A stretch of DNA of 51,075 bases from a phage, in sequence record PZ871099.1; one strand, written 5' to 3'. Below the pieces are notes generated by a model. It saw nothing but the letters and a program-made list of their open reading frames with translations, did not search any database and was not told the origin of the DNA. Numbering within the stretch: position 1 is the stretch's first letter; the number at the start of each line of letters is the position of its first letter. Made by a program: the position numbers and the translations under genes. Below are positions 38,401 through 46,410 of this stretch, in pieces.

Positions 38401-39110
38401 GAGTTTGACTCAAAGACGGCGCGAGCAAATCCGCGCGGAGTGAGGGAGCGGATCATCTTTGTGCGCGATGACTTGCCGCCAGTTTTGGCCCATCCTGGAT
38501 TATCTTTGTCTTCCTCTTTCGGCAGGATTAAAGCGCGCGGAGGAATAACAAAGCCGTTGCCAGTCCAGAGGCACGTTTTCTTAAAATAGCGATCCCGTGC
38601 CGGAATAATATCAGGGAAGTCGGGATGTTTATCATCTTCCGGCAGATAGCCAGCGTAATCGCACGGATGGAACGTATAATCAGGCTTTCGCCATAACGTT
38701 GACAACTTGCCAACCGGATTTTCGATCATGTAAGGAACACCGAAATAATCAGCTATATCAGCCGCGATTCTGCAAGTGTCGGCGGCCTCATCTTGGAACG
38801 ATGGATTCTCAAGGCGTTTTTTGGCCCAATGGCGAGATCCGCTATTTGCAAGGTCGGTGCATGGTGGGAAGGCCATAATAAAATCAGGATTGCCCCACTC
38901 ATTATTGATTGCCTTAACATAAAAAGCATCATCAATCCAGACGTTAACGTATTCGATATTCTCATGCTGTATGCGCACTGACTGGTAATCACCGTGATCG
39001 CCGCCGTCAGCATTAAAGCAAATGCACTTATAGCCATTATCAGCCCAATCTTTAACGGCCTTACCAGATCCATCAAATAGGGAGAATATTAAACCTTTAT
39101 ACATCGTCAT
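38394..39110 (-). CDS. compact DNA cytosine-C5 methyltransferase-like protein (putative)
   Basis: Motif I-like FSLFDGSG, motif IV-like AFPPCTD, motif VI-like IENPVG in the expected order; no obvious target recognition domain. Confidence 0.45.
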   Translation of the reverse strand: MTMYKGLIFSLFDGSGKAVKDWADNGYKCICFNADGGDHGDYQSVRIQHENIEYVNVWIDDAFYVKAINNEWGNPDFIMAFPPCTDLANSGSRHWAKKRLENPSFQDEAADTCRIAADIADYFGVPYMIENPVGKLSTLWRKPDYTFHPCDYAGYLPEDDKHPDFPDIIPARDRYFKKTCLWTGNGFVIPPRALILPKEEDKDNPGWAKTGGKSSRTKMIRSLTPRGFARAVFESNSK

Positions 39111-39114
39111 TACC

Positions 39115-39339
39115 TCAAAACGGAAAACAGCGCGCACAACCAGGATCGAAATCGCATCCACAATCATTAACAATCATAGTGGGATCTGCAAATATTGCGC
39201 TTGATTCAAGATCCATATCCATATCACCTAAAGCCTCATCAAGAGTCTTAATTTTATATGCCACTTCAAGCGCCGACTCTTTATTTAGTCCGGCATCTTC
39301 TGCCATTTGAAGGCGCTCAAAAAAACCGTCTTGACTCAT
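39115..39339 (-). CDS. hypothetical acidic protein with C-terminal Cys cluster
   Basis: 74 aa; CGCDFDPGCARC near the C-terminus. Confidence 0.3.
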   Translation of the reverse strand: MSQDGFFERLQMAEDAGLNKESALEVAYKIKTLDEALGDMDMDLESSAIFADPTMIVNDCGCDFDPGCARCFPF

Positions 39340-39450
39340 CGCATAATCCCCTTAATAACAGCCAAGATAATAGCCAGACCAGCAGCAGTAACCAAAAAAC
39401 CAACCGCGCCAATAATAGAATAAAAAAAGAAATCAATAGCTTTATCTATC
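39337..39450 (-). CDS. small hydrophobic protein (single transmembrane helix, putative)
   Basis: 37-aa ORF MIDKAIDFFFYSIIGAVGFLVTAAGLAIILAVIKGIMR, not in the track; stop overlaps next ATG. Confidence 0.3.
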
Positions 39451-39494
39451 ATTTTCCACCTCATTTAAAAGGCGGCAAAACGCCGCCAGATTAA

Positions 39495-39722
39495 TTAAAG
39501 AGCGCGCCAACTTTGAATATAGAAAGCGTTTTCTTCCAGTAATTCTTTTACCTGATCTTTATTGTATTTGCGCACCTTACCGCCTGGATGGATACCAATA
39601 AGATAGCCTCCTTTGCCCTCGGTGATAGTGATTTGGCTAATTCCGCAGGACTTATCAAGTTTTACAGCCACGCGGTGATGAGCGTCAATAGTTGCCATAA
39701 TGTTTAAAACTTTTGCTTTCAT
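39495..39722 (-). CDS. hypothetical protein
   Basis: 75 aa. Confidence 0.3.
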   Translation of the reverse strand: MKAKVLNIMATIDAHHRVAVKLDKSCGISQITITEGKGGYLIGIHPGGKVRKYNKDQVKELLEENAFYIQSWRAL

Positions 39723-39830
39723 TTAAATATCCTCAATTGAAATATGAATGACGTGGCGCTCTTTTTCCGTCGCCGCCGTAATGGTCATTTGCAACCGCCA
39801 CCATCCAGGCATTTTTGAAAATAAATAGCC

Positions 39831-40043
39831 TCATTTCTTATTTTTCAGCTTAAATTTATGACCTGGAACACCAGCGCCAATATAGCCATCGTTGTATTCC
39901 ATCAAATAAAGGTGAAGACCATTATCTGAAATTACATGAGGATCTTCTTTGAGATTTCCCATTAGTGGATATTCTTTTCCGCGCGTAAATTTCCAAATTG
40001 AGTTATAAGTTTCTACGCATTTAAGTTTTAATTGCTTTGCCAT
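39831..40043 (-). CDS. hypothetical protein
   Basis: 70 aa. Confidence 0.3.
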   Translation of the reverse strand: MAKQLKLKCVETYNSIWKFTRGKEYPLMGNLKEDPHVISDNGLHLYLMEYNDGYIGAGVPGHKFKLKNKK

Positions 40044-40240
40044 TAAATGATCTCCATGTATGTTTCAAAGCCATTTAACTTGAACAGGCCGTTTTCACAT
40101 TTGCGCACGTTCCAAGTTAGCCCTGAGTGGTACGCATCCATATCATCAAGGTCAATGGTGATTTCAGCGCCTTTCTTAAACAAACCTTTTTCGTGAGACT
40201 TGTCGCGCTTAACAACTTTAACATCAACTTGATTTTCCAT
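40043..40240 (-). CDS. hypothetical protein
   Basis: 65 aa; motif copy and conserved leader upstream. Confidence 0.35.
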   Translation of the reverse strand: MENQVDVKVVKRDKSHEKGLFKKGAEITIDLDDMDAYHSGLTWNVRKCENGLFKLNGFETYMEII

Positions 40241-40295
40241 CTTTAAATCCTAGTTCGTTGTCGATGGGTGTAATATACCATTCAGGCGCACATCG

Positions 40296-40316
40296 TTTTT
40301 AACAAAAAGTGCTATT
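40296..40316 (-). promoter_or_regulatory. conserved intergenic motif copy
   Basis: 22 nt then TATATT, then conserved leader ACACCCATCGACAACGAA. Confidence 0.6.
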
Positions 40317-40602
40317 CAACAACTTTTCCAGTTAAAGAGATAAGTTGCCTTGTAATCTTGTGGCGGCGATACTTACGCGCAACAACAGGAAGGCTTTCAC
40401 CGCTTTGATGACCAAAGCAGATCGGCAATTCACCTTCAATGGAGCGGAAGCCACCAAATTCAAGATCCCGCACTGGCTTAGCGCGCCAGGCTTCAATAAA
40501 TCCGCGCTCGTCACGAGTGATGTAGCGGTATATGTTCGGGAGGGGCAATTGTATCCCCTCAAAATCCACGGTATCGGTATAGCTATAAAACTTAGAACTC
40601 AT
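40312..40602 (-). CDS. hypothetical protein
   Basis: Start trimmed to MSSKFYS. Confidence 0.3.
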   Translation of the reverse strand: MSSKFYSYTDTVDFEGIQLPLPNIYRYITRDERGFIEAWRAKPVRDLEFGGFRSIEGELPICFGHQSGESLPVVARKYRRHKITRQLISLTGKVVE

Positions 40603-40744
40603 AGTCAACAACTCCAAACTCGTTAACGATTTGCGCCTTATAGAAGCCACCATTTTTCGCCAGGTTGTAACAAGCGGCTACGGTTTCAAATTCGCGCGCT
40701 TCCGGCTGGCTGTTTTCGTGTTCCCAGGTAATCAGAGTAACCAT
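40592..40744 (-). CDS. hypothetical small protein
   Basis: About 50 aa ORF (MVTLITWEHENSQPEAREFETVAACYNLAKNGGFYKAQIVNEFGVVDYEF) not in the track; sits after the 40802 motif copy and conserved leader. Confidence 0.3.
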   Translation of the reverse strand: MVTLITWEHENSQPEAREFETVAACYNLAKNGGFYKAQIVNEFGVVDYEF

Positions 40745-40800
40745 TTTCAAATCCTCGCATTCGTTGTCGATGCGTGTAATGTACAGGAATGCGAGGATTG

Positions 40801-40823
40801 AGTTTTAACAAAAAGTGCTATTT
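40801..40823 (-). promoter_or_regulatory. conserved intergenic motif copy
   Basis: 22 nt then TACATT, then leader ACACGCATCGACAACGAA. Confidence 0.6.
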
Positions 40824-41085
40824 AGTCCAGGAATTCGATTTCACGCTCGCCAGTTAACGGATCCACAAGCCAGAATCCGAGCGGTTCGCCGTGAACACCG
40901 CCATAGAATCCAAGCGCCGTCAGATCTTCACCTTTAACGAATACCAGGTTTCCGCTACGGCTTACGTGAGACACGTTAACGATAACCGGAAATGTGCGAT
41001 CCTTAAATGCGGGCCGCAGGGCGTAACATCCGTTATTGAGCAAACGTGCTTTGCGCTTAACTGGAATAGGTGCATTAATTTTCAT
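40822..41085 (-). CDS. hypothetical protein
   Basis: 87 aa. Confidence 0.3.
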   Translation of the reverse strand: MKINAPIPVKRKARLLNNGCYALRPAFKDRTFPVIVNVSHVSRSGNLVFVKGEDLTALGFYGGVHGEPLGFWLVDPLTGEREIEFLD

Positions 41086-41097
41086 GGTTATTACTCC

Positions 41098-41310
41098 TTA
41101 TCGTAAAGATTTAAAGACGTATAGTTTATTGCGGTAACTATATATCCGCATTGTTATTTCCCGCAGTGCAATATATTCCTTCCTGTTTTCCGGCATCCTG
41201 GCGAGCAATAACAGGCAGTATTTATAAGCGCGGTCAAGATTCCTTTCCGTGCCCCTGCAATATCCCTTGTTGCGCCTGGAGCGGTACAGCAATAACAATT
41301 TCTTGAACAT
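41098..41310 (-). CDS. hypothetical basic protein
   Basis: Start trimmed to MFKKLLLL, 2 nt after upstream stop. Confidence 0.25.
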   Translation of the reverse strand: MFKKLLLLYRSRRNKGYCRGTERNLDRAYKYCLLLLARMPENRKEYIALREITMRIYSYRNKLYVFKSLR

Positions 41311-41311
41311 T

Positions 41312-41521
41312 TCAGATACGCCCATACAGATCACAGACTTCGTTGATAAAATTGCTTTGCGCCCCTTTGTTGTCACGCTCAAGAATTGCGCGGCATTCAA
41401 ACTTATGATTATGCACGATGACTACAACCATGTTTTCAGGCATTGAGCGGTTATAGCGTTGCGCATCACTGATTGAAACGTCCATACCCATTTCATGTGC
41501 CTTCTTGATCACATCCAACAT
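41312..41521 (-). CDS. hypothetical protein (paralog of 41509..41775)
   Basis: Shares FINEVCDLYG vs FINDVCLLQ with neighbour; RBS AGGAGA. Confidence 0.35.
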   Translation of the reverse strand: MLDVIKKAHEMGMDVSISDAQRYNRSMPENMVVVIVHNHKFECRAILERDNKGAQSNFINEVCDLYGRI

Positions 41522-41775
41522 TTTTTCTTCTCCTGCAATAAGCAAACATCATTGATAAAATCAGCACGGCCCTTAATGTTGCTGATGTGGAACGTCTTTT
41601 CAGCGTACAGGCCATCACCTTCAATCACGATCATTACGCGAGTCGGTTTATTCACGGGCGCACATGAAAAGAGTGGGCGCGCCGGAAGAAATTTAGTAGC
41701 CACATCCAGGTTAGCCCTGGCGGCCCTGCAAAACGCCTCCGCCAGATCCAAATCATTTTCGGTAATCACCGCCAT
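41509..41775 (-). CDS. hypothetical protein (paralog of 41312..41521)
   Basis: 88 aa. Confidence 0.35.
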   Translation of the reverse strand: MAVITENDLDLAEAFCRAARANLDVATKFLPARPLFSCAPVNKPTRVMIVIEGDGLYAEKTFHISNIKGRADFINDVCLLQEKKKCWM

Positions 41776-42047
41776 TACTTCTTGATCTCCTCACTGATAA
41801 ATTTCAGCACCTGACGCAAGAAAACCTCGTTGTTGATAGTCGCTGGCAATTCTTCTTTCACTTCTTGCGGCAGATAGATATTGCCGTGCCAGGTCAAGCA
41901 ATCGTAGTTGATACGATAAGAGCAAAGCCACTCGCAATCGTTATCTGCTTCCCAAATGCAGAGTTGCAGAACATCGCCGAAGTCTTCAACAGTCAGATCC
42001 AGACCGTGACGCTTAGCGAAGTTGAAAGTGGTTTTGCTGATGTTCAT
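41775..42047 (-). CDS. hypothetical protein
   Basis: 90 aa; first gene after the 42106 motif copy. Confidence 0.35.
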   Translation of the reverse strand: MNISKTTFNFAKRHGLDLTVEDFGDVLQLCIWEADNDCEWLCSYRINYDCLTWHGNIYLPQEVKEELPATINNEVFLRQVLKFISEEIKK

Positions 42048-42105
42048 TGCTATCTCCTGAGCGGTTCGTTTCGATGTGTGTAATGTACCCGATCAGACGG
42101 CCTGA

Positions 42106-42127
42106 GTTTTAACAAAAAGTGCTATTT
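42106..42127 (-). promoter_or_regulatory. conserved intergenic motif copy
   Basis: 22 nt then TACATT, then leader ACACACATCGAAACGAA. Confidence 0.6.
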
Positions 42128-42149
42128 GACGGTTAGCGCCAGGATTGCG

Positions 42150-42250
42150 ATCGAAATAATCAAAAGTAATCATTCGTAATCAAATCACGTCAAAATGATG
42201 ATTGCCTTTGCAAATTTGATGAGAAAAGTAATCACGTTTAATCATTGGTT
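42150..42250. repeat. iteron-like array of TAATCA repeats
   Basis: AATAATCAAAAGTAATCATTCGTAATCAAATCACG ... AAAGTAATCACGTTTAATCATTGG; five copies spaced about 10 bp. Confidence 0.5.
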
Positions 42251-42399
42251 GCAGGGGAGATAGTGAAACCCTCCCCTCTTGCCTCACTTTTCCGCCTGGC
42301 TGTCAGTGGTTGTTGTCTTTTGTTCACCCCTGTTACCGATTTCAGGCGGCGTGTTTCCGCGCGGTTTTCCGGTGTAGCGAAAACGGAAAAAACAAAGAA

Positions 42400-42680
42400 A
42401 ATCCTCTATAATACATTGAAAATAAAGATTATTTATTTATATATATCTATAATGTTTTCTTTTTGTTCTCACTGTTACAGTGCTTTTTGTTGGTTATGGT
42501 GTGGTTGTGTGTGGGCATATATGGATAGTTGCGCGCGCGGCGGATTGCATATGTATATATACTTTTTCCGGCGGATTGCGTTAACAGCGTGAACAGAAAA
42601 ATAACAGCCCTGAAATCAACAACTTGCGCATGATTTTGTAGTTTTTCGATATTGGTAACGTTTTGAATACAACAAAAACA
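42400..42680. repeat. GT/AT-rich non-coding module, copy B
   Basis: Same blocks in the same order as copy A; spurious ORF 42245..42592 overlaps it. Confidence 0.6.
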
Positions 42681-42708
42681 TTGACACGCACCAAATAGCT
42701 TTTATAAT
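42681..42708 (+). promoter_or_regulatory. canonical sigma70 promoter (TTGACA-16-TATAAT)
   Basis: Read directly; start of the plus-strand early cluster; track ATG at 42707 lies in the -10 box so the gene start is placed at 42740. Confidence 0.65.
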
Positions 42709-42739
42709 GAGCCAACAGTCAACAACTGGAGGAAAGGAA

Positions 42740-43204
42740 ATGGAACAGAAAACCACTAAGGACTATTGCGATTGGCTTCGCGAGCTTGGTCGCCGCCTGG
42801 CTAGTGGCGATATTGAAGAGTATAAAATGTCACTAATTGACCTGGCCGGAATGTTAAGCGGTGACGACTGCTACAAGATCACGCGCAGTTCATCCTACAG
42901 CCGGACCATTATCAACCGCGTTCCAGAAGTAAGGGCCGCAGGTCGGGTAAGCATCAAGGTAGAGGAAACGGAAGATGATAAATTTTACGTTTTCCGCATG
43001 GTCCGCGAATCGAAAAGGAAAATCATCACACCCGAAGAATTGCCAGCCATCAAGGCAAGGGCGATCAAAAAGTTTGCCGATCGCTTACTGGCAGCAATCC
43101 CGAACATCGTGGACCTGGAAGGGGATAAACTGGCTGGAGCTTGTGAGGGCGTAAGCCGCTACCAGGATATGATCCGAGAAATCATCAAAGAGGAGGAGCA
43201 ATAA
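42740..43204 (+). CDS. hypothetical early protein
   Basis: RBS GGAGGAAAGG before ATG 42740. Confidence 0.35.
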   Translation: MEQKTTKDYCDWLRELGRRLASGDIEEYKMSLIDLAGMLSGDDCYKITRSSSYSRTIINRVPEVRAAGRVSIKVEETEDDKFYVFRMVRESKRKIITPEELPAIKARAIKKFADRLLAAIPNIVDLEGDKLAGACEGVSRYQDMIREIIKEEEQ

Positions 43205-43464
43205 TGAAAAAGGCATTAATCGGCGTTTTGGCGGCAATGACACTCCTGACCGGATGCGAAAAGGCATCAGAATCAACTGTTGTCGTAGGCGTGGAGTCAG
43301 ATTTCAAAGTCGGCCGCCTGTTCACTGTTGACGGATGCACAGCATACAGATTCTATGATAACGGTCGCGCGATCTATTACACCAACTGCAAAGGCGCAAC
43401 GGATAGCACGTACAACAGCGGAAAGAACGTAATGCACCAGCAAGTCACAACAGATATTAAATAG
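43204..43464 (+). CDS. lipoprotein (putative)
   Basis: Signal peptide with lipobox LTGC (MKKALIGVLAAMTLLTGCEK). Confidence 0.5.
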   Translation: MKKALIGVLAAMTLLTGCEKASESTVVVGVESDFKVGRLFTVDGCTAYRFYDNGRAIYYTNCKGATDSTYNSGKNVMHQQVTTDIK

Positions 43465-43480
43465 CACTTTTTGTTAAAAC
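43460..43480 (+). promoter_or_regulatory. conserved intergenic motif copy
   Basis: Stop TAG embedded; hairpin GCCAGGCgcaaaGCCTGGC; CATAAT; leader CATCGAAACGA. Confidence 0.6.
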
Positions 43481-43536
43481 GCCAGGCGCAAAGCCTGGCA
43501 TAATAGCCTCATCGAAACGAGATTGAGGAAACAAAA

Positions 43537-43722
43537 ATGGCACGTCGCATCACCAAAGACCTTAAAGTCCTGAACAAAGAAAACGTAGTTAAAATCCTGG
43601 TTATCTGGGGCTACAACGAAGAAACAGCAAAGCAGAAGGTCGAGGCGGGTTACGACCTGGCTGTAAAAGCAATGCCAAACGACGACGCAAAAGGCATTGC
43701 AAACTATGTGGCTTTCTTTTAA
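43537..43722 (+). CDS. hypothetical protein
   Basis: 61 aa, motif copy upstream. Confidence 0.3.
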   Translation: MARRITKDLKVLNKENVVKILVIWGYNEETAKQKVEAGYDLAVKAMPNDDAKGIANYVAFF

Positions 43723-43737
43723 TTAGCGGGTGAATAA

Positions 43738-43923
43738 ATGAAAACGAAATTAGTCCATAAATCAGAAATCAAGATCGGCGATACTGTGATTCACAACGGA
43801 GAGCTTAGAACGGTTGGCAAAGAGTCAATAAGCCACGATGAATTTATGGGGATCTTGTTGTTCGGTGACTCTTATCGTCTTGGTTACAAGATGGTTGAGC
43901 TTGTGGAAGAAGTAAAATTCTAA
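43738..43923 (+). CDS. hypothetical protein
   Basis: 61 aa. Confidence 0.3.
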   Translation: MKTKLVHKSEIKIGDTVIHNGELRTVGKESISHDEFMGILLFGDSYRLGYKMVELVEEVKF

Positions 43924-43943
43924 ATAGCACTTTTTGTTAAAAC
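43923..43943 (+). promoter_or_regulatory. conserved intergenic motif copy
   Basis: 22 nt then CATAAT. Confidence 0.55.
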
Positions 43944-44021
43944 TCGAAAACGATAACCAGACATAATAAATCACATAGGGCGGCACGGCGTCGCCCACAA
44001 AACCAATCAGGAGAAATCACC

Positions 44022-44915
44022 ATGTTAAAACTTGCTGACATTAAATTCCCGATCACCTTCGAATCTCGCGGCATTGGTCATTACATTTTTACCGATGAAA
44101 AAACATGCCATAAGGTTGATATGAATAGCGACAAACTAAGCCCATCAACAATGGAGATTGAACACTTTATTGATGCGCACAATACGCATTACAACGCACT
44201 TAAAGACTATGGCTACGCAATGCCAGGCTACACATGCTTGCACTACAAACCATATAAGGGCCAAGTGTTACCAGTGCGCTCACCGGAACGCGCAGAGATT
44301 CCGATGGTCAATATGAAAACCTGCGACTACAAAAAGCTGTGGTGCTTAAGTCTGGACAATATCAAGTATCCGATCACGTTCCACACGACTGGTAAGTCAA
44401 CGATTCGCTACACATCGCGCGACAATGGCGTTTATAGCGATGGTACGAAATCAGAGTTGAAAGTTGATTTCTTTGTCAACGGTCACAACAAATTCAATCC
44501 GCACAACGAAGAGGATAAAGTGTATTACGTGGAAGACATTACAAAACACTTGTTTGGAGAAACACCATTCGGCGGCGGAAAGACGTCAATTCAAAAAATC
44601 ATTGGCGAGGAGATCCACAAAGCGGCTACCGAAATGAAAGCGCCTGGAGGATGGCGTATTGATAAGAGCGCCTTTGCAAATCAAGAAATCGTAACGCAGG
44701 GCGCAATTGAAGATATTCCAGTTGCAGCCACGCTAAAAGGAGTCCGGCTTGATGATGGCACCTGGTATGAACTAACAGCGAAACCAAAGACGATCGAAAT
44801 TCATGATGACGTTGTTATCCTCCTGCTTCACTATGGCAGCACAAAAAACCGTACCGTTGCGGGTGAGATCAACATCAAGCGCGGAACGATGGTTAAGTGG
44901 AAGGTCAAAGTGTAA
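44022..44915 (+). CDS. hypothetical protein with internal tandem duplication
   Basis: Two related segments LADIKFPITFESRG... and LDNIKYPITFHTTG... Confidence 0.4.
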   Translation: MLKLADIKFPITFESRGIGHYIFTDEKTCHKVDMNSDKLSPSTMEIEHFIDAHNTHYNALKDYGYAMPGYTCLHYKPYKGQVLPVRSPERAEIPMVNMKTCDYKKLWCLSLDNIKYPITFHTTGKSTIRYTSRDNGVYSDGTKSELKVDFFVNGHNKFNPHNEEDKVYYVEDITKHLFGETPFGGGKTSIQKIIGEEIHKAATEMKAPGGWRIDKSAFANQEIVTQGAIEDIPVAATLKGVRLDDGTWYELTAKPKTIEIHDDVVILLLHYGSTKNRTVAGEINIKRGTMVKWKVKV

Positions 44916-44935
44916 ATAGCACGAATTGTTAAAAC
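44915..44935 (+). promoter_or_regulatory. conserved intergenic motif copy, GAATTG variant
   Basis: AATAGCACGAATTGTTAAAAC, then TATAAT inside a hairpin loop. Confidence 0.55.
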
Positions 44936-44988
44936 TCAAATGTGGGGCCAGGTATAATGGCCTCACTTTCAACGAGAGGGGAAACGCG

Positions 44989-45216
44989 ATGGAAAGTTTA
45001 ATCATCCAGAAGAAAATGAAGTGCGTCAGTGTAGCGCCAGGTTGCGGCTTTATGTTCACGGTGGGAAATATCTACTCCGCGCAGAAGATGAGAACATCAA
45101 CCGGATCGTTTTACGTCAATAATAATCAGGGATTCCGCATGTTCCTGAACGGTCAAAGTGGCAACGAAATTTGCGCTTACGCCGACCTTATCGCAACCTT
45201 TGAGGAAGTGAAATAA
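44989..45216 (+). CDS. hypothetical protein
   Basis: Start at MESLIIQ after motif copy and RBS. Confidence 0.3.
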   Translation: MESLIIQKKMKCVSVAPGCGFMFTVGNIYSAQKMRTSTGSFYVNNNQGFRMFLNGQSGNEICAYADLIATFEEVK

Positions 45217-45218
45217 TC

Positions 45219-45428
45219 ATGGACCAGAACAAAACAGCAAAATATAAATTCACTGACGACTACGGAGACGCTATCGACGTTTATCAGCGTGGGAATCAGA
45301 TCTTCATAGATGGCACTTTCGAATATGGGCGGATGCCAGACTTTCGGGGAATACTTTCGGCAGAGAGCGCTCGCCGCATGGCGAACGTGTTAAATAAACT
45401 GGCGGCAAAGATTGAGCAATTGCAATAA
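45219..45428 (+). CDS. hypothetical protein
   Basis: 69 aa. Confidence 0.3.
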   Translation: MDQNKTAKYKFTDDYGDAIDVYQRGNQIFIDGTFEYGRMPDFRGILSAESARRMANVLNKLAAKIEQLQ

Positions 45429-45449
45429 AATTTAACAAGCGAGAATGCA

Positions 45450-45629
45450 ATGGAAGATTTTACTATTATTGTGTTGTGCTGGGCGTTATTCATTTTTACA
45501 TGGCTTATCCACGCGGCGCGGCATAGATTCCTGCTGAATTACGACAATTCGTTTGCGGAAGTGTTTTGGAGCATTCCAGCATTTTCCTTGCTAATAGTTA
45601 TCACGGCTGAATATATCCATAGAGCATAA
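45450..45629 (+). CDS. small membrane protein (putative)
   Basis: 59-aa ORF not in the track; two hydrophobic segments. Confidence 0.3.
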   Translation: MEDFTIIVLCWALFIFTWLIHAARHRFLLNYDNSFAEVFWSIPAFSLLIVITAEYIHRA

Positions 45630-45641
45630 CAGGGGCGATAG

Positions 45642-46181
45642 ATGAAAAAGTATACTTTTGAACTGTGGGGAAAGAAGTACGAATTAATAACCAGCAAGCC
45701 GATTGTTATCGTTGACCTGGACGGCACATTATCGGACGGATCGCATCGTTTGCACTTGCTGCCAACTGAAGACTTGCACCTTACGGAATCGTGGAGCGAA
45801 TTTAACAGGGCCGCCGCCGGAGATTCACCGATTAAAAGCACTATCGCGGTTATTAACGGTTTATGGGTGTCGGGATTTGCCATCGTCATCTTGACCGGAC
45901 GCAGCGACGAGGTGCGCTATGAAACCTGCAAATGGTTGAACGAGAACGGCGTGAAGTTTGACGAAATCATCATGCGCCGCCAGGAGGACAACCGAAAGGA
46001 TACGGTTATTAAAGAAGAAGCCTTGCGCGCTATTGGCCTGGACAACATTGTTTGCGCCTTTGACGATTCGCCGAACGTGGTTAAGCACTTCCGCAGCTTG
46101 GGGATCACAACCTATCAGGTCACGGAATACGACAAGCCACACGCTCACCTGCAATCTCACGGCGTGGAGTGTTTAAAATGA
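45642..46181 (+). CDS. HAD-superfamily phosphatase (nucleotidase or polynucleotide 3-phosphatase-like)
   Basis: HAD motif I IVDLDGTLSDG; later DD segment. Confidence 0.55.
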   Translation: MKKYTFELWGKKYELITSKPIVIVDLDGTLSDGSHRLHLLPTEDLHLTESWSEFNRAAAGDSPIKSTIAVINGLWVSGFAIVILTGRSDEVRYETCKWLNENGVKFDEIIMRRQEDNRKDTVIKEEALRAIGLDNIVCAFDDSPNVVKHFRSLGITTYQVTEYDKPHAHLQSHGVECLK

Positions 46182-46337
46182 CTTGGTTGCTTTTAATCTT
46201 TGTCACAAGTTACAACTCCGCAGCTATTGAGTCGCAGGAGTTCCACGGCGAATCAAGATGCCAGGAAGCGCGAAAGCAAGTTATTCTCCACATGTCAGAT
46301 AGCGGGAAGGATGTAACAGCGTTATGCGTTCGTAAAT
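46178..46337 (+). CDS. small secreted/membrane protein (putative)
   Basis: About 52 aa ORF not in the track, hydrophobic N-terminus; ATGA overlap with HAD gene stop. Confidence 0.25.
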
Positions 46338-46355
46338 AGCACTTTTTGCAAAAAC
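46335..46355 (+). promoter_or_regulatory. conserved intergenic motif copy, variant
   Basis: AATAGCACTTTTTGCAAAAAC, then a hairpin with TATAGT in the loop. Confidence 0.5.
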
Positions 46356-46410
46356 AGATTATCGGGCTTGCGGTATAGTAAGCCCATCAACAACAAACGA
46401 GGATTAAATC

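Noticed and set aside
42250-42420. Possible tRNA or structured RNA gene in the inverted-repeat-rich stretch
   Set aside because: No T-loop-like GTTC(G/A)A(A/T)TC motif or cloverleaf was found by eye; the region is left as regulatory or structured DNA. A tRNAscan or Infernal run would settle it.
42245-42592. Track ORF of 115 aa on the plus strand
   Set aside because: It spans the GT/AT-rich duplicated module; the translation is low-complexity with no RBS or promoter context, so it is more likely non-coding.
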